From assembly GCA_964016885.1 (NCBI GenBank), contig OZ024748.1, forward strand, positions 18,104,001-18,168,000: DNA of 64,000 nucleotides, written 5' to 3'. The stretch's first letter is position 1; each line of letters begins with the position of its first letter. The position numbers and the translations under genes are program-made. Below the pieces are notes generated by a model that was given only the letters and a program-made list of their open reading frames with translations, was not told the DNA's origin and made no database searches. Source of the DNA: Eledone cirrhosa (taxonomy: Eukaryota). Positions 14,071 through 28,129 of the stretch are shown in pieces.

Positions 14071-16240
14071 ATCATCATTATCATCATTTTACGTCGGCTT
14101 TTCCCCGCTTGCATGGGTTGGACGGGTCCTCTTCAGCACAGCATCTCTCCACTTGTCACAGTCCTTCATCATCTCCTCGGTGAGTTTCAGCAATCTGAGG
14201 TCTGCACTCACCACCTCCGCTCTCACCACCTCTGCTCTCACCACCTCCGCTTTCACCACCTCCGCTCTCACCACCTCCGCTCTCACCACCTCTGCTCTCA
14301 CCACCTCTGCTCTCACCACCTCCGCTCTCACCACCTCCGCTCTCACCACCTCTGCTCTCACCACCTCCGCTCTCACCACCTCCGCTCTCACCACCTCCGC
14401 TCTCACCACCTCCGCTCTCACCACCTCCGCTCTCACCACCTCCGCTCTCACCACCTCTGCTCTCACCACCTCCGCTCTCACCACCTCCGCTCTCACCACC
14501 TCCGCTCTCACCACCTCCGCTCTCACCACCTCTGCTCTCACCACCTCCGCTCTCACCACCTCTGCTCTCACCACCTCCGCTCTCACCACCTCTGCTCTCA
14601 CCACTTCCGCTCTCACCACTTCCGCTCTCACCACCTCCGCTCTCACCACCTCTGCTCTCACCACCTCCGCTCTCACCACCTCTGCTCTCACCACCTCCGC
14701 TCTCACCACCTCCGCTCTCACCACCTCCGCTCTCACCACCTCCGCTCTCACCACCTCTGCTCTCACCACCTCCGCTCTCACACACCTCCACTCTCACCAC
14801 CTCCGCTCTCACCACCTCCGCTCTCACACACCTCCGCTCTCACACACCTCCGCTCTCACCACCTCCAGTCTCACCACCTCCAATCTCACCACCTCTGCTC
14901 TCACCACCTCTGCTCTCACACACCTCCGCTCTCACCACCTCTGCTCTCACCACCTCCGATCTCACCACCTCCGCTCTCACCACCTCTGCACTCACCACCT
15001 CCGCTCTCACCACCTCTGCTCTCACCACCTCCGCTCTCACCACCTCTGCACTCACCACCTCCGCTCTCACACACCTCCGCTCTCACACACCTCCGCTCTC
15101 ACCACCTCCGCTCTCACCACCTCCGCTCTCACCACCTCTGCTCTCACCACCTCCGCTCTCACCACCTCTGCACTCACCACCTCCGCTCTCACACACCTCC
15201 GCTCTCACACACCTCCGCTCTCACCACCTCCAGTCTCACCACCTCCAATCTCACCACCTCTGCTCTCACCACCTCTGCTCTCACCACCTCCGCTCTCACC
15301 ACCTCTGCTCTCACCACTTCCGCTCTCACCACCTCCGCTCTCACCACCTCTGCTCTCACCACCTCCGATCTCACCACCTCCGCTCTCACCACCTCTGCAC
15401 TCACCACCTCCGCTCTCACACACCTCCGCTCTCACCACCTCTGCTCTCACCACCTCTGCTCTCACCACCTCTGCTCTCACCAGCTCCGCTCTCACCACCT
15501 CTGCACTCACCACTTCCGCTCTCACCACCTCTGCTCTCACCACCTCTGCTCTCACCAGCTCCGCTCTCACCACCTCTGCTCTCACCACCTCTGCTCTCAC
15601 CACCTCTGATCTCACCACCTCCGCTCTCACCACCTCTCTCTCACCACCTCCGCTCTCACCACCTCTGCTCTCACCCCCTCCGCTCTCACCACCTCCGCTC
15701 TCACCACCTCCGCTCTCACCACCTCCGCTCTCACCACCTCCGCTCTCACCACCTCTGCACTCACCACTTCCGCTCTCACCACCTCTGCTCTCACCACCTC
15801 TGCTCTCACCAGCTCCGCTCTCACCACCTCTGCACTCACCACTTCCGCTCTCACCACCTCTGCTCTCACCACCTCCGCTCTCACCACCTCTGCACTCACC
15901 ACCTCCGCTCTCACACACCTCCGCTCTCACCACCTCCGCTCTCACCACCTCCGCTCTCACCACCTCCGCTCTCACCACCTCCGCTCTCACCACCTCTGCA
16001 CTCACCACTTCCGCTCTCACCACCTCTGCTCTCACCACCTCTGCTCTCACCAGCTCCGCTCTCACCACCTCTGCTCTCACCACCTCTGCTCTCACCACCT
16101 CTGATCTCACCACCTCCGCTCTCACCACCTCTCTCTCACCACCTCCGCTCTCACACACCTCCGCTCTCACCACCTCCGCTCGCACCACCTCCGCCCATGT
16201 TTTTCGTGGTCTACCCCTACTGCGTCTTCCTTCTACTGGG
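14071..16240 (-). mobile_element. RTE-type LINE 3' fragment containing a ~2 kb 15-bp tandem expansion
   Basis: Minus strand reads PVEGRRSRGRPRKTW-(AEVVR)n-ADLRLLKLTEEMMKDCDKWRDAV, then an (ATG)n tail; unexpanded homologue at 25585-25790. Confidence 0.9.
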
Positions 16241-18200
16241 ATGTGTGTATGTGCATATATATATGTGTGTGTGTGTGTGTGTGCATATATGTGCATGTGT
16301 GTGTACGTGTGTGCGTGTATGTACGTGTGTGTGTATGTATGCATGTGTGTGTGTGTATGCATGTGTGTGCATGTATGTTCATGTGTGTGTATGTATGTAT
16401 GCATATATGTACTTGTGTATGTATGCATGTATGTACATGTGTGTATGTATGCATGTGTGTGTGTGTATGTATGCATGTATGTACATGTGTGTGTATGTAT
16501 GTATGCATATATGTACATGTGTATGTATGCATGTATGTACATGTGTGTGTGTGTATGCATGCGTGGTGTGCATGTATGTACATGTGTGTGTATGTATGTA
16601 TGTATGCATATATGTACATGTGTATGTATGCATGTATGTACATGTGTGTATGTATGCATGTGTGTGTGTGTATGTATGCATATATGTACTTGTGTATGTA
16701 TGCATGTATGTACATGTGTGTGTGTGTATGCATGTGTGGTGTGCATGTATGTACATGTGTGTGTATGTATGTATGTATGCATATATGTCAGGTCACCAGT
16801 TGGAGCTACTGGTAACATGTATCCCAGTACAACCTGTCTCATGGTCAGGTTGTTGGCAACTAAACTGGCAACCCCACCAAGGTTTCTTGGTGAGGAGGGT
16901 GGCTTTGGACATCCTGTAGGACTAAAAACAAAACCTGTCAAAGGGCAAAGGAGCTCTTAAGAGTCAATGGCCATCCAAAATCACCGGGAGAGATGACCCC
17001 TTAGCCTTTGTCAAGGCAGAATTCTAGGAGAAGGAAAACTCTGATATAACACCTGCAACCCTGATGGTATCCAATGATGTTGACTTGTTCTTCTCTTTGG
17101 TAAATATCATCTTGGTTAAGAGATTGGGACTGGCTTTGTGCAGTGCCTTTGCTCACTATAAAAGCTTCACGGCACAGGCATTGCTTTATATCTGGAGATC
17201 TCTCTGCACTTGGCGTCACATGGTACCATGGGCCCAGCACTATGTGTCAATAATTGTCATAAGTGTAGTGTTTGTACCAGAGTTTTCAAGTCGCTGGCTG
17301 GACTAAAAAGTCACACTCGTTCAGCGCATCGGTAGGAGTTCTCCTACATGGATATAAAGTAGTGGCCGTACTCGAAAACGAGTTGGCAGCCACCATGCAT
17401 ATATGTACATGTGTGTATATGTATGCATATGTGTGTGTATGTATGTACATGCGTGTATGTATGTATGTATGCATGTATGTACATGTGTGTGTATGTATGC
17501 ATGTATATGTACATTGGCGTGTATGTATGCACGTGTGTATGTGTGTATGCATGCGCGTGCATGTATGTACATGCGTGTGTATGTATGTACATGTGTGTGT
17601 ATGTATGCATGGGTGTGTACGTGTGTGTATATGTATGCATGGGTGTGTACATGTGAGTGTATGTATGTGTGTGTACGCATGTGTGTGTACGCATGTGTGT
17701 GTACGCATGTGTGTGTACGCATGTGTGTGTATGTATGTGAGTGTGTGAGAGCAGGCATGTATGCGTGAGTGTGTGTATTTTTCATAATTTGTTTTCCTAG
17801 CTGTTTTTTGTTCTTATTTATCAAATTTTTCATTTATTTGTGATATTCTTTTCATTATAATCCAACCTTTGAAAGTTTCAATTCAATTTGTGATCCAAAC
17901 AAACCAATTTTCTGATACATTACATATAAAATTTAATAATACAACAATATAAACAGCACAATGCAATATAAAAACAGTAATAAACAAAATACAAAACCAA
18001 AGTAAGCGATCATTGTCATCATCATCATCATCACCATCATCATCATCACAGCATCATCGTCATCATCATAATCACCGTCATCCTCACCATCCTCACCATC
18101 ATCATCATCTTCATCATCACCATCATCATCATCATCATCATCATTATTATCATCATAATCAACATCATCATCAATACCATCATCATCGTCCTTATCACCG

Positions 18201-18240
<40 letters not shown>

Positions 18241-18435
18241 AATCAACATTATCATCACCACCACCACCATCATCATCATCACCACCACCATCATTATCAT
18301 CATCATCATCATCATCTCTCTCTCTATATATATATATATATTTTTTTTTTATATTTATTTAAAAATTTTTATTGTTGATGTTATATAATTTGTATTATCG
18401 TTGTTGTTGTTGTTGTTGTTGTGAGTGGTGGTGGC

Positions 18436-18474
<39 letters not shown>

Positions 18475-18506
18475 GGTGGTTTAATAACAATATTAATACA
18501 ACCACA

Positions 18507-18553
<47 letters not shown>

Positions 18554-18574
18554 CCTGAAATGTTGCCAGGCACT

Positions 18575-19512
18575 CACTGCCCTCTACCAAGTGGGCAAAG
18601 CGATTAGTGGAACTTCCACTCTCGAGTTCTATAGAGGATTAGTGGTGGGCAAGTGTGATGACGCACTCAGAGAAGGTTTGGGCCTCGATGAAGTCGAACT
18701 GACCAGTCTGTACCGGAGGACTTTCGAGCCGGGGACGATGGAGAATTTCCAGAAATCCCTCGCTTGGCAGTGCTACCGGGGGGCACTGCCGGTTCGGGAT
18801 AAACTCTACAGGCACGGAAGTGCTGTCAGACGGACCTGCCCAAGATGCGCACAGAGTGACGAAACCGTTCTGCACGCACTTGTCCAATGTCCGTGCATTA
18901 CTGTCTTGTGCAGTTATGTCGAACAGCTACTGTCACGTGTGGAACGGATCCGACTATCGGCCGAGTCCACAGTGAAGATCGACCCGCCACCTTCCTTTGG
19001 TCAGGAAGAGCAGGACATTTTCCTCTGTCTGGTGGCCATTGCGAAAGAGGTTATACGGTGGACCAGATTGAAAGGACTGAAGACAGACACTTTTCTCTTC
19101 GGCCAATCCCTCATCAACTTCTTCAAGTTTCACCTGGAAAGGAAGGTGAGGGTGGAGAGAGAAGTGCTGCCCCCCCCCCCCCCAGTACATTTTCTAAAAG
19201 GTGGATGAATGTGGCGAGAATGGCCCGTGTGAATGGGCCTACTCTGACCATGCGCCTATAGGCTAGCTAACTTGAGGAGAGAGGTGCTCTCCCTGGGTGC
19301 CCTAGAAGCGCAGGGTCACCCCTGGGTCGTCCAGCCCCTATAGGGGAATTTATTTTGTTATATTTATGCATAGTTTATTTTATATTTTTTATATCTTCAT
19401 TGTTAAATTAGTCTTGCCATTGTGCACTTTTACTCAACCTTATTGTAAACCCCCACGATCCCTGTCATTGTATTGTCCCCTAGATGTCGGCCCTTGTGGC
19501 CAATAAATGAAA
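18575..19512 (+). mobile_element. L1/Tx1-type LINE 3' fragment (zf-RVT region plus 3' UTR)
   Basis: ORF 18591..19208 has W.CYRGALPVRDKL...CPRCAQSDETVLHALVQCP (CCHC zinc-binding region downstream of RT); frameshift at a poly-C; AATAAA at ~19502. Confidence 0.8.
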
Positions 19513-19517
19513 TCATT

Positions 19518-19690
19518 ATCGGTAGAGGGTCGGACGCCATGCTTTCCAGCATAGTTACATCCCTTTGCGGTCTGAGTTCAAATCCCGCCGAGGTTAACTT
19601 TGCCTTTCATCCTTACGGGGTCGATAAAATAAAGTACCAGTAATGTACTGTGTAATTGATGGCCTTGTTCCAAAAGTAGAAACAATTATT
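19518..19690 (+). mobile_element. SINE family A (5'-clipped)
   Basis: Same B-box, core and tail as 7645. Confidence 0.85.
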
Positions 19691-20829
19691 ATTATCATTG
19701 TTATTATTATTATTATTATTATTATCATCATCTTGTGGTAGTTTATTCCTCTTTACTTTGAAGTTACATATCAGTTCTACTGAAGTAAAACTCAAACAAA
19801 ATCATAATTTCTGAATTTGGTTTGAAAAATTTCGAAAGAAGAAAAAAAAATTGATTTGTCTTTTTTTATTTTTTTTTATTATTATTTTTTTATTTTTTGT
19901 ATTTGTTAATTGAAATAAGATTAAATTTGCAATCAATAAAAAGAATAACAACAACAACTACAATAACAACATAAATGCAAATATTAACATACACTGATAA
20001 ATCTATACATAGTTTGATATATATATATATATATATATAGCTATATAGCTCTCTCTTGCTCTATATATATATTTACATATATATGTATATCATTATCATC
20101 ATTACCATCATCATCGTTTAACGGCTATCTAACATGGGCTAAATGAGTTTGTCCCATTTGAAGCAAATTGGTTCGGGTGACCATGTCTCACTCATATAGG
20201 ACTGTTTCTGGCTAGTTTTCTATGGCTGGATGCCCTTCCTAATGCCAACCACTTTTACAGTGTGAGCTGGGTGCTTTTTTGCTGTGTCTACTACACGACC
20301 ACTTTACAGTGTTGGCTGGATGATTTGTGGTACCAACATAACTTTAGAAAGTAACGGTAATGTGAACGGAAGTGTAGGGGTTTTGGTGGGTGTATATTGG
20401 CTTGAGAGGTGCCTACTGAGTGTATGTTTAAGTCCATGCACAAGGGAAGATATATATATATATATATAAATAGGAAGACACAAAGCAAGCTTTGTTTAGA
20501 AATGGCTAGCGAATTTTAAAATTAGATAGCAACATGTGCTTACACTGAATTTGACTAAATAGAATTAGTCGGTTAGTTGGGATTTTAAAAAACCCTCTGA
20601 ATGGAAAAAAGGATGAGTATTGACGTACATGGGTCACAAACCCAAATCTTTGGTTTGCTGGACCAATGTGTTACCATTACACCAACACGTCACCCATGCT
20701 CCCTTCCATTCAGTTAGAAGCTATGTAACCATAGCAGATATATATGTGTTTATAATGAATAAACGATTTATGTAACATCAGCATCTTTATTAATGTCATT
20801 ATAATATATAGATGCGAGATAAACCATAT

Positions 20830-21265
20830 ACAGATGCGAGAAAAACCACAAACCCTCCATCTCAATTCTACTTTTGAAAAGCATAAGAACTGTGAAACCA
20901 GTAAAGGAAACAAATAAATATTCTTAAAAAAACTCCAGTTGCATTTTCAATTTCATCTTTTTTCCTTATACTTTCACTCGTGTAGGACATCTCGCTTTTT
21001 TTTTCATTTAAAAAAAAAAATCATTTTCTTATATATATATATATATATATTAGAAAGTGAGGTTTTTTTACAAAATGAAAAATAACCGAGGTGTCCTACA
21101 CGAGTGAAAGTATATAAAGAAAAGAAGATGAAATCGAAAATGCAACTGGAGTCTTATTTTTTAAAAAATATATATATTTATTTGGTTCCTTTACCGGTTT
21201 CGCAGTTCTTCTGCTTTTCAAAAGTAGATTTGAGATGGAGGGTCTGTGGTTTTTCTCACATCTGG
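20830..21265. repeat. ~200-bp-arm inverted repeat centred on (AT)n
   Basis: CAGATGCGAGAAAAACCACA...CACTCGTGTAGGACA on the left mirrors TGTCCTACACGAGTG...TGTGGTTTTTCTCACATCTG on the right. Confidence 0.92.
21189..21224 (-). ncRNA. Candidate minimal hammerhead ribozyme, U3-A8 core variant
   Basis: Minus strand: CTT TTGAAAA GCAG-aagaa-CTGC GAAA C-CG-G TA^ AAG; decayed mirror copy at 20871-20906 (+). Confidence 0.55.
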
Positions 21266-21959
21266 TTGGTCTTTGAATGTTACTTGTTTTATATGGAAAA
21301 AAGTGACTCGAAACACCAGGTTTTTAGAGAAGTAATTTGATTGGTTGGTCAATAAGTATAATAAATTTCGCGCCAGTTCGCGTTACAAAGTTCTTCAAAC
21401 AAGGGGGTGGAGAGGGAGGCTCAAGTTGTTTTTTCATATATGTGTTTGAATTTCTTTTTACTTAAAAAAAGGGCCTCACGAAGGCTTTTTTTTATAAATG
21501 TAATTTGATTGGTTATAAAAGAAATTACTGCAGTCACGTGAACAAGTTCATTAAATTTCACACCCGTATTTGTGAATTTATTTTGTAGCCTTTTAGAGAA
21601 TTTTATGACAAACAAAAGATAATGGTCAAGAGAAATGGGATGGGAGAATTGTTCTGGTTCAGTGAATATAGAAGGTTGTTTTTTCATATATGAGTGAAGT
21701 TTGGTTGGTTGATGTAGTCACGTGAATAAGTATATCAGCTTTCGCGTAAGTTTGTTTGAATTTCTTTTTACTTTAAAAAAGAGGCTCACGAAGGCTTTTT
21801 TTAAATAAATGTAATGTGATTGGTTATAAATAAAATTATGACTCACGTGAACAATATATATCTATATATTCCCCCACTCTCAAGCGTGAAACTAATACTA
21901 ATATCATTTGTACTGCCTCTCTGTTCATTTATTAAACTATATATATATATATATTTATT

Positions 21960-22280
21960 TGCGGTGAATTGGCAGAGTTGTTAGAACGTTGAATAGAATG
22001 CTTTGTGGCTTTCATTCCTGCTTTCTGCTCTCCGAGTTCAAATCCTGCCGTGGTCAACTTTGCCTTTCATCCTTTCAAGGTCGATCAAAAAAGAACCAGT
22101 CAAGTACTGGGGTGCTTCTTCCTCTACATCTCTTTCTCATTTCCTCTCTCTCACTTTCTATCTTTCTCTGGAAGAAATCTATACTCAGTCCTGGAGAGGG
22201 ATAGGTTCTACCAGGTTTAAAATACCCAAGAACATGCTGTATGTCAATACGACTCTATCAGGAGTTATGGGACTATACAC
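21960..22280 (+). mobile_element. SINE family C (family-A-like head and core, different 3' part); copies ~37555-37875 (-), ~38030-38350 (-), ~39635-39945 (+)
   Basis: GGTGAATTGGCAGAG...GAGTTCAAATCC...GCCTTTCATCC core followed by a shared CT-rich and GAAATCT..GGAGAGGGAT tail. Confidence 0.75.
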
Positions 22281-22298
22281 ACATCCATTTATATATAT

Positions 22299-22527
22299 TT
22301 AACCCTTTGGTATTTAAACTAGCCATATCCGGCCAGAATTCTCTCACCTCTTTCTGTTCAAACCAGCCATAACAGGCTACTCATACTTATATTAAAGTAT
22401 TGTTCTCAAAACAAATAATATCAAAATCTCATAGATTCAATATTATGTGAGATAATTATGTGAGGTAAAGTCTTTACCTTGACAATACAATAATATATAT
22501 TGTGTAATGTAAATGCTAAAGGGTTAA
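22299..22527. mobile_element. piggyBac-type MITE
   Basis: TTAA-CCCTTT...AAAGGG-TTAA; body matches 9696 and 54023. Confidence 0.8.
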
Positions 22528-22811
22528 GAAATATGTGATAAAAAAATCAATGGCGAAATAAAGTGTCAGCATATTTTCTACATCAATGTAGAAAAAAAAG
22601 AAAAGGAGGCCAAAATATTTGGAGTGATTCGTACAAATACTTCTGGTAATTTCCGTGAAAGAAAATGATATTTTAAAAACTTTTATCATCATCATCAAAC
22701 TCATAAGGAACGCCTTCAGAGAACATATCTGAAAAATATGCAATTTTACAAAAGTTGTAAGCAAATAAATTAAATTTAGATGCAGTCAGTACAATGTAGT
22801 TTTATACACAC

Positions 22812-23049
<238 letters not shown>

Positions 23050-23110
23050 ATTTATATATATATATATATTTATATATATATTTATATATATATATATTTA
23101 TATATATATA

Positions 23111-23159
<49 letters not shown>

Positions 23160-23585
23160 GTATATATCATCATTTCATCATCATATATATGTATATATTC
23201 TTACTAGCAGGGAAAGCAAACATTAAAATGACATATATATGTGTGTGTGTGTGCGTGCATGTGTGTATATATATATATATATAAATTGTCCACTGAAACA
23301 CTATTGCAATAAATATTTAAAAAGTTTCAAACACACTTTTATACACAGGGGTCGGGGACAAATATTCATACATACATGCATACACTTATTGCCACATAAA
23401 CAGACTATATATACATATATATACATACATCCTTATTTGTATATATATATATATACACACACACACACATATATATACACACATACACTTATTGCCACAT
23501 AAACATAAACAGACTATATATATATATATATACACACACACACAATAATATACACACATACACTTATTGCCACATAAACATAAAC

Positions 23586-23641
<56 letters not shown>

Positions 23642-25584
23642 TACATACATGCTTATTTGTATATTTATATTTATATAAAGTTATATACATACATCCTTAT
23701 TTATACATATTCACTCATTTCATTTGGTTTGTATGTCAAATAAAAACCTGTTACATTAGGTAGATGGCGCTATTGTTGTCTGTTAAAAGGATGTAAACAA
23801 CAAAGTGAGAAAGTTTATAAAACAAATGAAACAGTAAAAAAATCTGTGATGGAGTTGTAAAATGAAAACTTTACTCTATACAATATTTAAAAGAATTTTA
23901 GATGTCAAAATATTCAAACTCCATAAAGATATTCTCAACTCGTGAATATCTACAAAGCCACATCATTTAAACAATTTGAGGCATTCCATCAGTTACGACA
24001 ATGAGTGTTCTAGTTGGTCCAATTAACGGAACAGCCTGCTCAGCTCATTAAATTAACGTGCAAGTGGCTGAGCATTCTACAGACATGTGCATCCTTAACG
24101 TAGTTCTCAGGGAGATTCAGTGTGACACAGAATGTGACAAGGCTGGCCATTCGAATTACAGGTAAAAATCATTTTTGACAGCGCAGTGGATTGGAGGAAC
24201 GTGAAATAAAGTGTCTTGCTCAAGGACACAATGTGCTACCAGGAATCGAACTCATGACCTTATGATTATAAGCCAAACCCTAACCACAAAGCCATGCACC
24301 TAAACATATGTTAATTAACACCCTCTTCAGCTTATACACCGGGTTTGGAGTTTTACCCATTTCTCAGATATTTCAGTATGTAGAGTAACCTCTATTTCGA
24401 CTTACACTGCATAGAGTTACATCCCACAGATTTGTCTACCTACCACACCAGACAAAAAGTGAAAGAGATTTACACTGTCGAAGAAGCTGGTCCTGTTGCT
24501 AATCCCCTTCTGTTCACAGGACATCACGGCCTTCACCCTCCCCCCACTTCTGGCAAGACTCACATAACCAGGGCTATATTTAGACCTTGGGGATGGGGGA
24601 GCAGTTCAGATTTGAGGTGGGGGTAAGGCTGTTCAGGTTTGTGGTGGTGCCCAGGGCTGTCCAGGTTTTGGAGGTGCCCAGGGCTGTTCTTAAAAATGAG
24701 ACCCTGTTTGACAAGAGGTGCCAAGGGTATTTGCCCCCTACCCCCACCCATCAATAACTTCAGCCCTGCACATAATGCCACAAAGGCAGAGTTTATCTCA
24801 ATAGTATTTGAACACAGATCACAACTGACACAAAACAAATATCTAGGAATTAATTCAATCCAACTCTTTAACAACTCTTCCAACTCCACCACCCTCCTAT
24901 ATGCAGCACCCAAACCTCTGCCATTATGTTGTATATCTATTTGTAAACATTTGCCATTGTTTTTTTCTCATTTCTCTTATCACTTTATAATTTGTCTTCT
25001 CAATTTAAAATATTGATTTGAACCTCGTACATCTCACACACACATACGCACATAAATACACTCATACACACATACAGAGATACAAAGACAACACACACAT
25101 AAATGTACACACAGTGAGAAAAACACGCACACACATTCATACATATTTACACATACACATATACAGAGACACAGACACACCTGCGAATACATTCAGAGTC
25201 ACATAGTTTCACATTTTTATTATATTTATCTCCCCTTTCCAGCCTCTCTCTGGTCAAAGACATTTTCAGCTTTCCATCATTGGACTTCCTTTTACCAACA
25301 TGACTGACATTTTAACACGTCTCTCTCTCTTATGTTTTGGTTTTTGGGTTTTTATTTAACACCTATCCTCTGATATATAAATATATATAGCGAGAGAGTA
25401 AGGTGTCCCAAAAAATGTATACAGACTACAACAGTATTCTAATAAATATGTGTATACATTTGGGGGACACAATGTACACTATAGTTGGGTATGTAAAAAA
25501 AAAATATTTTTATAACTGTTATACATGTATGTGTATATGTTTATATACAAGTATGTCTCTGTGTATATAAATAGATATTGTATC

Positions 25585-26235
25585 ATCATCATCATCATCA
25601 TCATTTTACGTCCGCTTTTCCCTGCTTGCAAGGGTGGGATGGGTCCTATTCAGCACAGCATCTCTCCACTTGTCATGGTCCTTCATCATCTCCTCTGTGA
25701 GCTTCAGCGATCTGAGGTCTGCTCTCACCACCCCCGCCCATGTTTTTCATGGTCTTTCTCTACTGCGTCTTCCTTCTACTGGGATTTCTTGGCACTTCTT
25801 TACCCAGCGGTCATCCTCCATGCGCATCACATGTCCATACCATCGCAGTCTTCTCTCCCGCACACCACAACTTATCCCTCTTACACACAGTTTCTCTCTC
25901 AACTCATCTATACTTGGTCGTTCACGCACATTGACTTTGCACATCCAATGGAGCATGCTTGCTTCATTTCTCTCCAGCTGTCACATATCCTCTGTAGTTG
26001 CTGCCCATATCTCACTACTGTGCAGCATCGCGCTCCTCACACAGGCATCATATAACCGTCCTTTCAAACGCAGGGAGAAACCCTTCTTTGTCAACAGAAG
26101 GAAGCAGCTCTCTAAACTTCTTCCAACCCATCCTTATTCTAGATACTATGGCCTTGGAACACCCCCCTCCCATGTTAATCTGATCACCTAGGTACCGGAA
26201 GCTATCAACCACTTCTATAGAACCCACCTGCATTT
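25585..26235 (-). mobile_element. RTE-type LINE 3' fragment
   Basis: EVVDSFRYLGDQI...RIRMGWKKFRELLP and RERRLRWYGHVMRMEDDRWVKKC...GRRSRERP are RTE ORF2 C-terminal motifs; (ATG)n tail. Confidence 0.88.
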
Positions 26236-26324
26236 AAAAAATGTGTCTATATATATATAATAGGGACTCTACATAAAACAAGCCGCAGTCTAACTTCAGT
26301 GTTTTACTTTCTGAAGAAATATCT

Positions 26325-26720
26325 TCTTGTCAGAAGCAACCATCTCCAACTGATCCGGTTGGATCCCCAAACGTGACCAGCCAAGCTTGCTCAGGATCTA
26401 CCCCTGGGTCTCCTGCCAATTGGTCTTGCCCGTAAAATCTGTCCAGTGATTCTTTCCTGAGACATTCTAACTACATGCCCATAGTATCAGAGATGTGATC
26501 TCTCAATTTGAAGAAGTAGTGGCTCTACCTGGAATGACTCTCCAATCTCCAAGCTATGCACTCTATTGAGGAAGATTACTCTAAAGACCCTTCGGAGGAA
26601 CCACATTTTGGCCGCTTGTATCCGCAATCTTATTCTTTTGGTCATTACCCAAGATTCATGACCATAGGTAAGGGTTGGCACAAATACCTAATTGAAGATG
26701 ATAGCCAGTTTGGTTTTTGC
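26325..26720 (-). mobile_element. Second RTE family fragment (also ~30482-30620, ~39209-39535, ~40158-40360, ~42841-43052)
   Basis: PTLTYGHESWVMTKRIRLRIQAAKMWFLRRV...VEPLLLQIERSHL; the 39 kb copy reads QLRYYGHVVRMSQERIAEQIL. Confidence 0.82.
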
Positions 26721-27044
26721 ACTAACCTCCCTTCTTCAGATTACCAAATGCTGAAGCTGGCACATTACTACACCAGCTCCTGTAATTCTGGTGAAATACC
26801 AAGGAATTTTTTCAATCCAACACTTTAACAACTCTTCGAACACCCCCTCCTATATATAACAACAAAACCTCTGCCATCATATTCTATATCTATATAAAAG
26901 CCTGGTGTATCTTTGCCAAGGATTTTTTTCTCGTTTTTCTTATCACTTTATAATTAAATTTGCCATACAATTCTTCCTGCAGGAATTACCATTTTCTCTT
27001 TGACTGATAACATGGAGAAAATTATTTTTACATTGCAGTTTTTT

Positions 27045-27075
<31 letters not shown>

Positions 27076-27276
27076 TTTAAATTAAAATTTTTAATTTAAT
27101 TTTTTTTTTTTACATTTATGTTGTTGTCCTTGCTGCTGTCATCACTACTTCATAAATTGGGAGTGGGGTGTGTGGGGGATGGTGGTGGGGGAGTAATTAA
27201 GTACTGCAAAGCATTTTATCCAGCTTGCTAACGATTCTACCAATCTGTCTTCTTGGTTATTATTATTATTATTATA

Positions 27277-27482
27277 AGGGCGGTGGATTGGCAGTATCGG
27301 TAGAGGGTCAGACGCCATGCTTTCCAGCATAGTTATGTCCCTTTACGATCTGAGTTCAAATCCCGCCGAGGTTGACTTTGCCTTTCATCCTTACGGGGTC
27401 GATAAAATAAAGTACCAGTAATGCACTGGGTAATTGCTGGCCTTGTGCCAAAAGTAGAAACAATTATTATTATTATTATTAT
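27277..27482 (+). mobile_element. Full-length SINE family A; further copies ~27890-28085 (-), ~28375-28592 (-), ~29189-29410 (+), ~30716-30915 (+), ~49743-49880 (-), ~50115-50235 (-)
   Basis: GGGCGGTGGATTGGCAGTATCGG head, B-box, conserved core, (ATT)n on both sides. Confidence 0.88.
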
Positions 27483-28129
27483 TCTGATGATGATGATGAT
27501 GATGATGATGATATTGATAATAGTAATAATAATTATTATTCAAAACAACAAACAGCGGAGGACGCGTTTCGCACCTTTCCGACAGACAACCTTTCCCCCA
27601 CCCCGGAAAAAAACCCCAGTTGATGGATGTGAATCCGAAATATATAGGGACAATTAAATCTCTCCCAAGGTAACTCTCTCTTGTGTTGTTATTTTAATTT
27701 TATCCTTTATACTCTTTCCATCATTACTCTACACGTATTATACACACCACGCATCTCAACGTACACCCACTTACATCTCTCTCTCCACCACCGGATCTTG
27801 TTACCTGGAGATTTACCCATTTGCATTGTCAAGGCTTCCAAACGACTTAAAGAAATTTACCAATTATTATGCAATAACAACAGTGATAACAATAATTGTT
27901 TCTACTTTTGGCACAAGGCCAACAACTTCCCCAGTGCATTACTGGTACTCTATTTTATCAACCCTGTAAGGATGAAAGGCAAAGCTAACCTCGGCGGGGT
28001 TTGAACTGAGACCGTAAAGGGCCGTAACTCTATGCTGCAAAGCATGGTCTCCGTCCCGCTACCGATACTGCCAATCCACTGCCCTAGTGATGGTAATAAT
28101 AATGACATTTGTGAACAATGAAAATGGTT

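Noticed and set aside
13943-16960. 1005-aa ORF
   Set aside because: Antisense read-through of a 15-bp minisatellite and TG/TA microsatellites; no protein-like content.
27039-27112. Poly-T/poly-G run
   Set aside because: Homopolymers, possibly low-quality sequence; no interpretable structure.
27277-27370. tRNA genes at the many A-box/B-box pairs
   Set aside because: They continue into shared SINE cores and tails; I could not form a full cloverleaf.
27555-27590. GAAACGCGTC on the minus strand; similar partial words at ~34300-34327, ~44857 and ~50795
   Set aside because: Only half-cores; not distinguishable from chance by eye.
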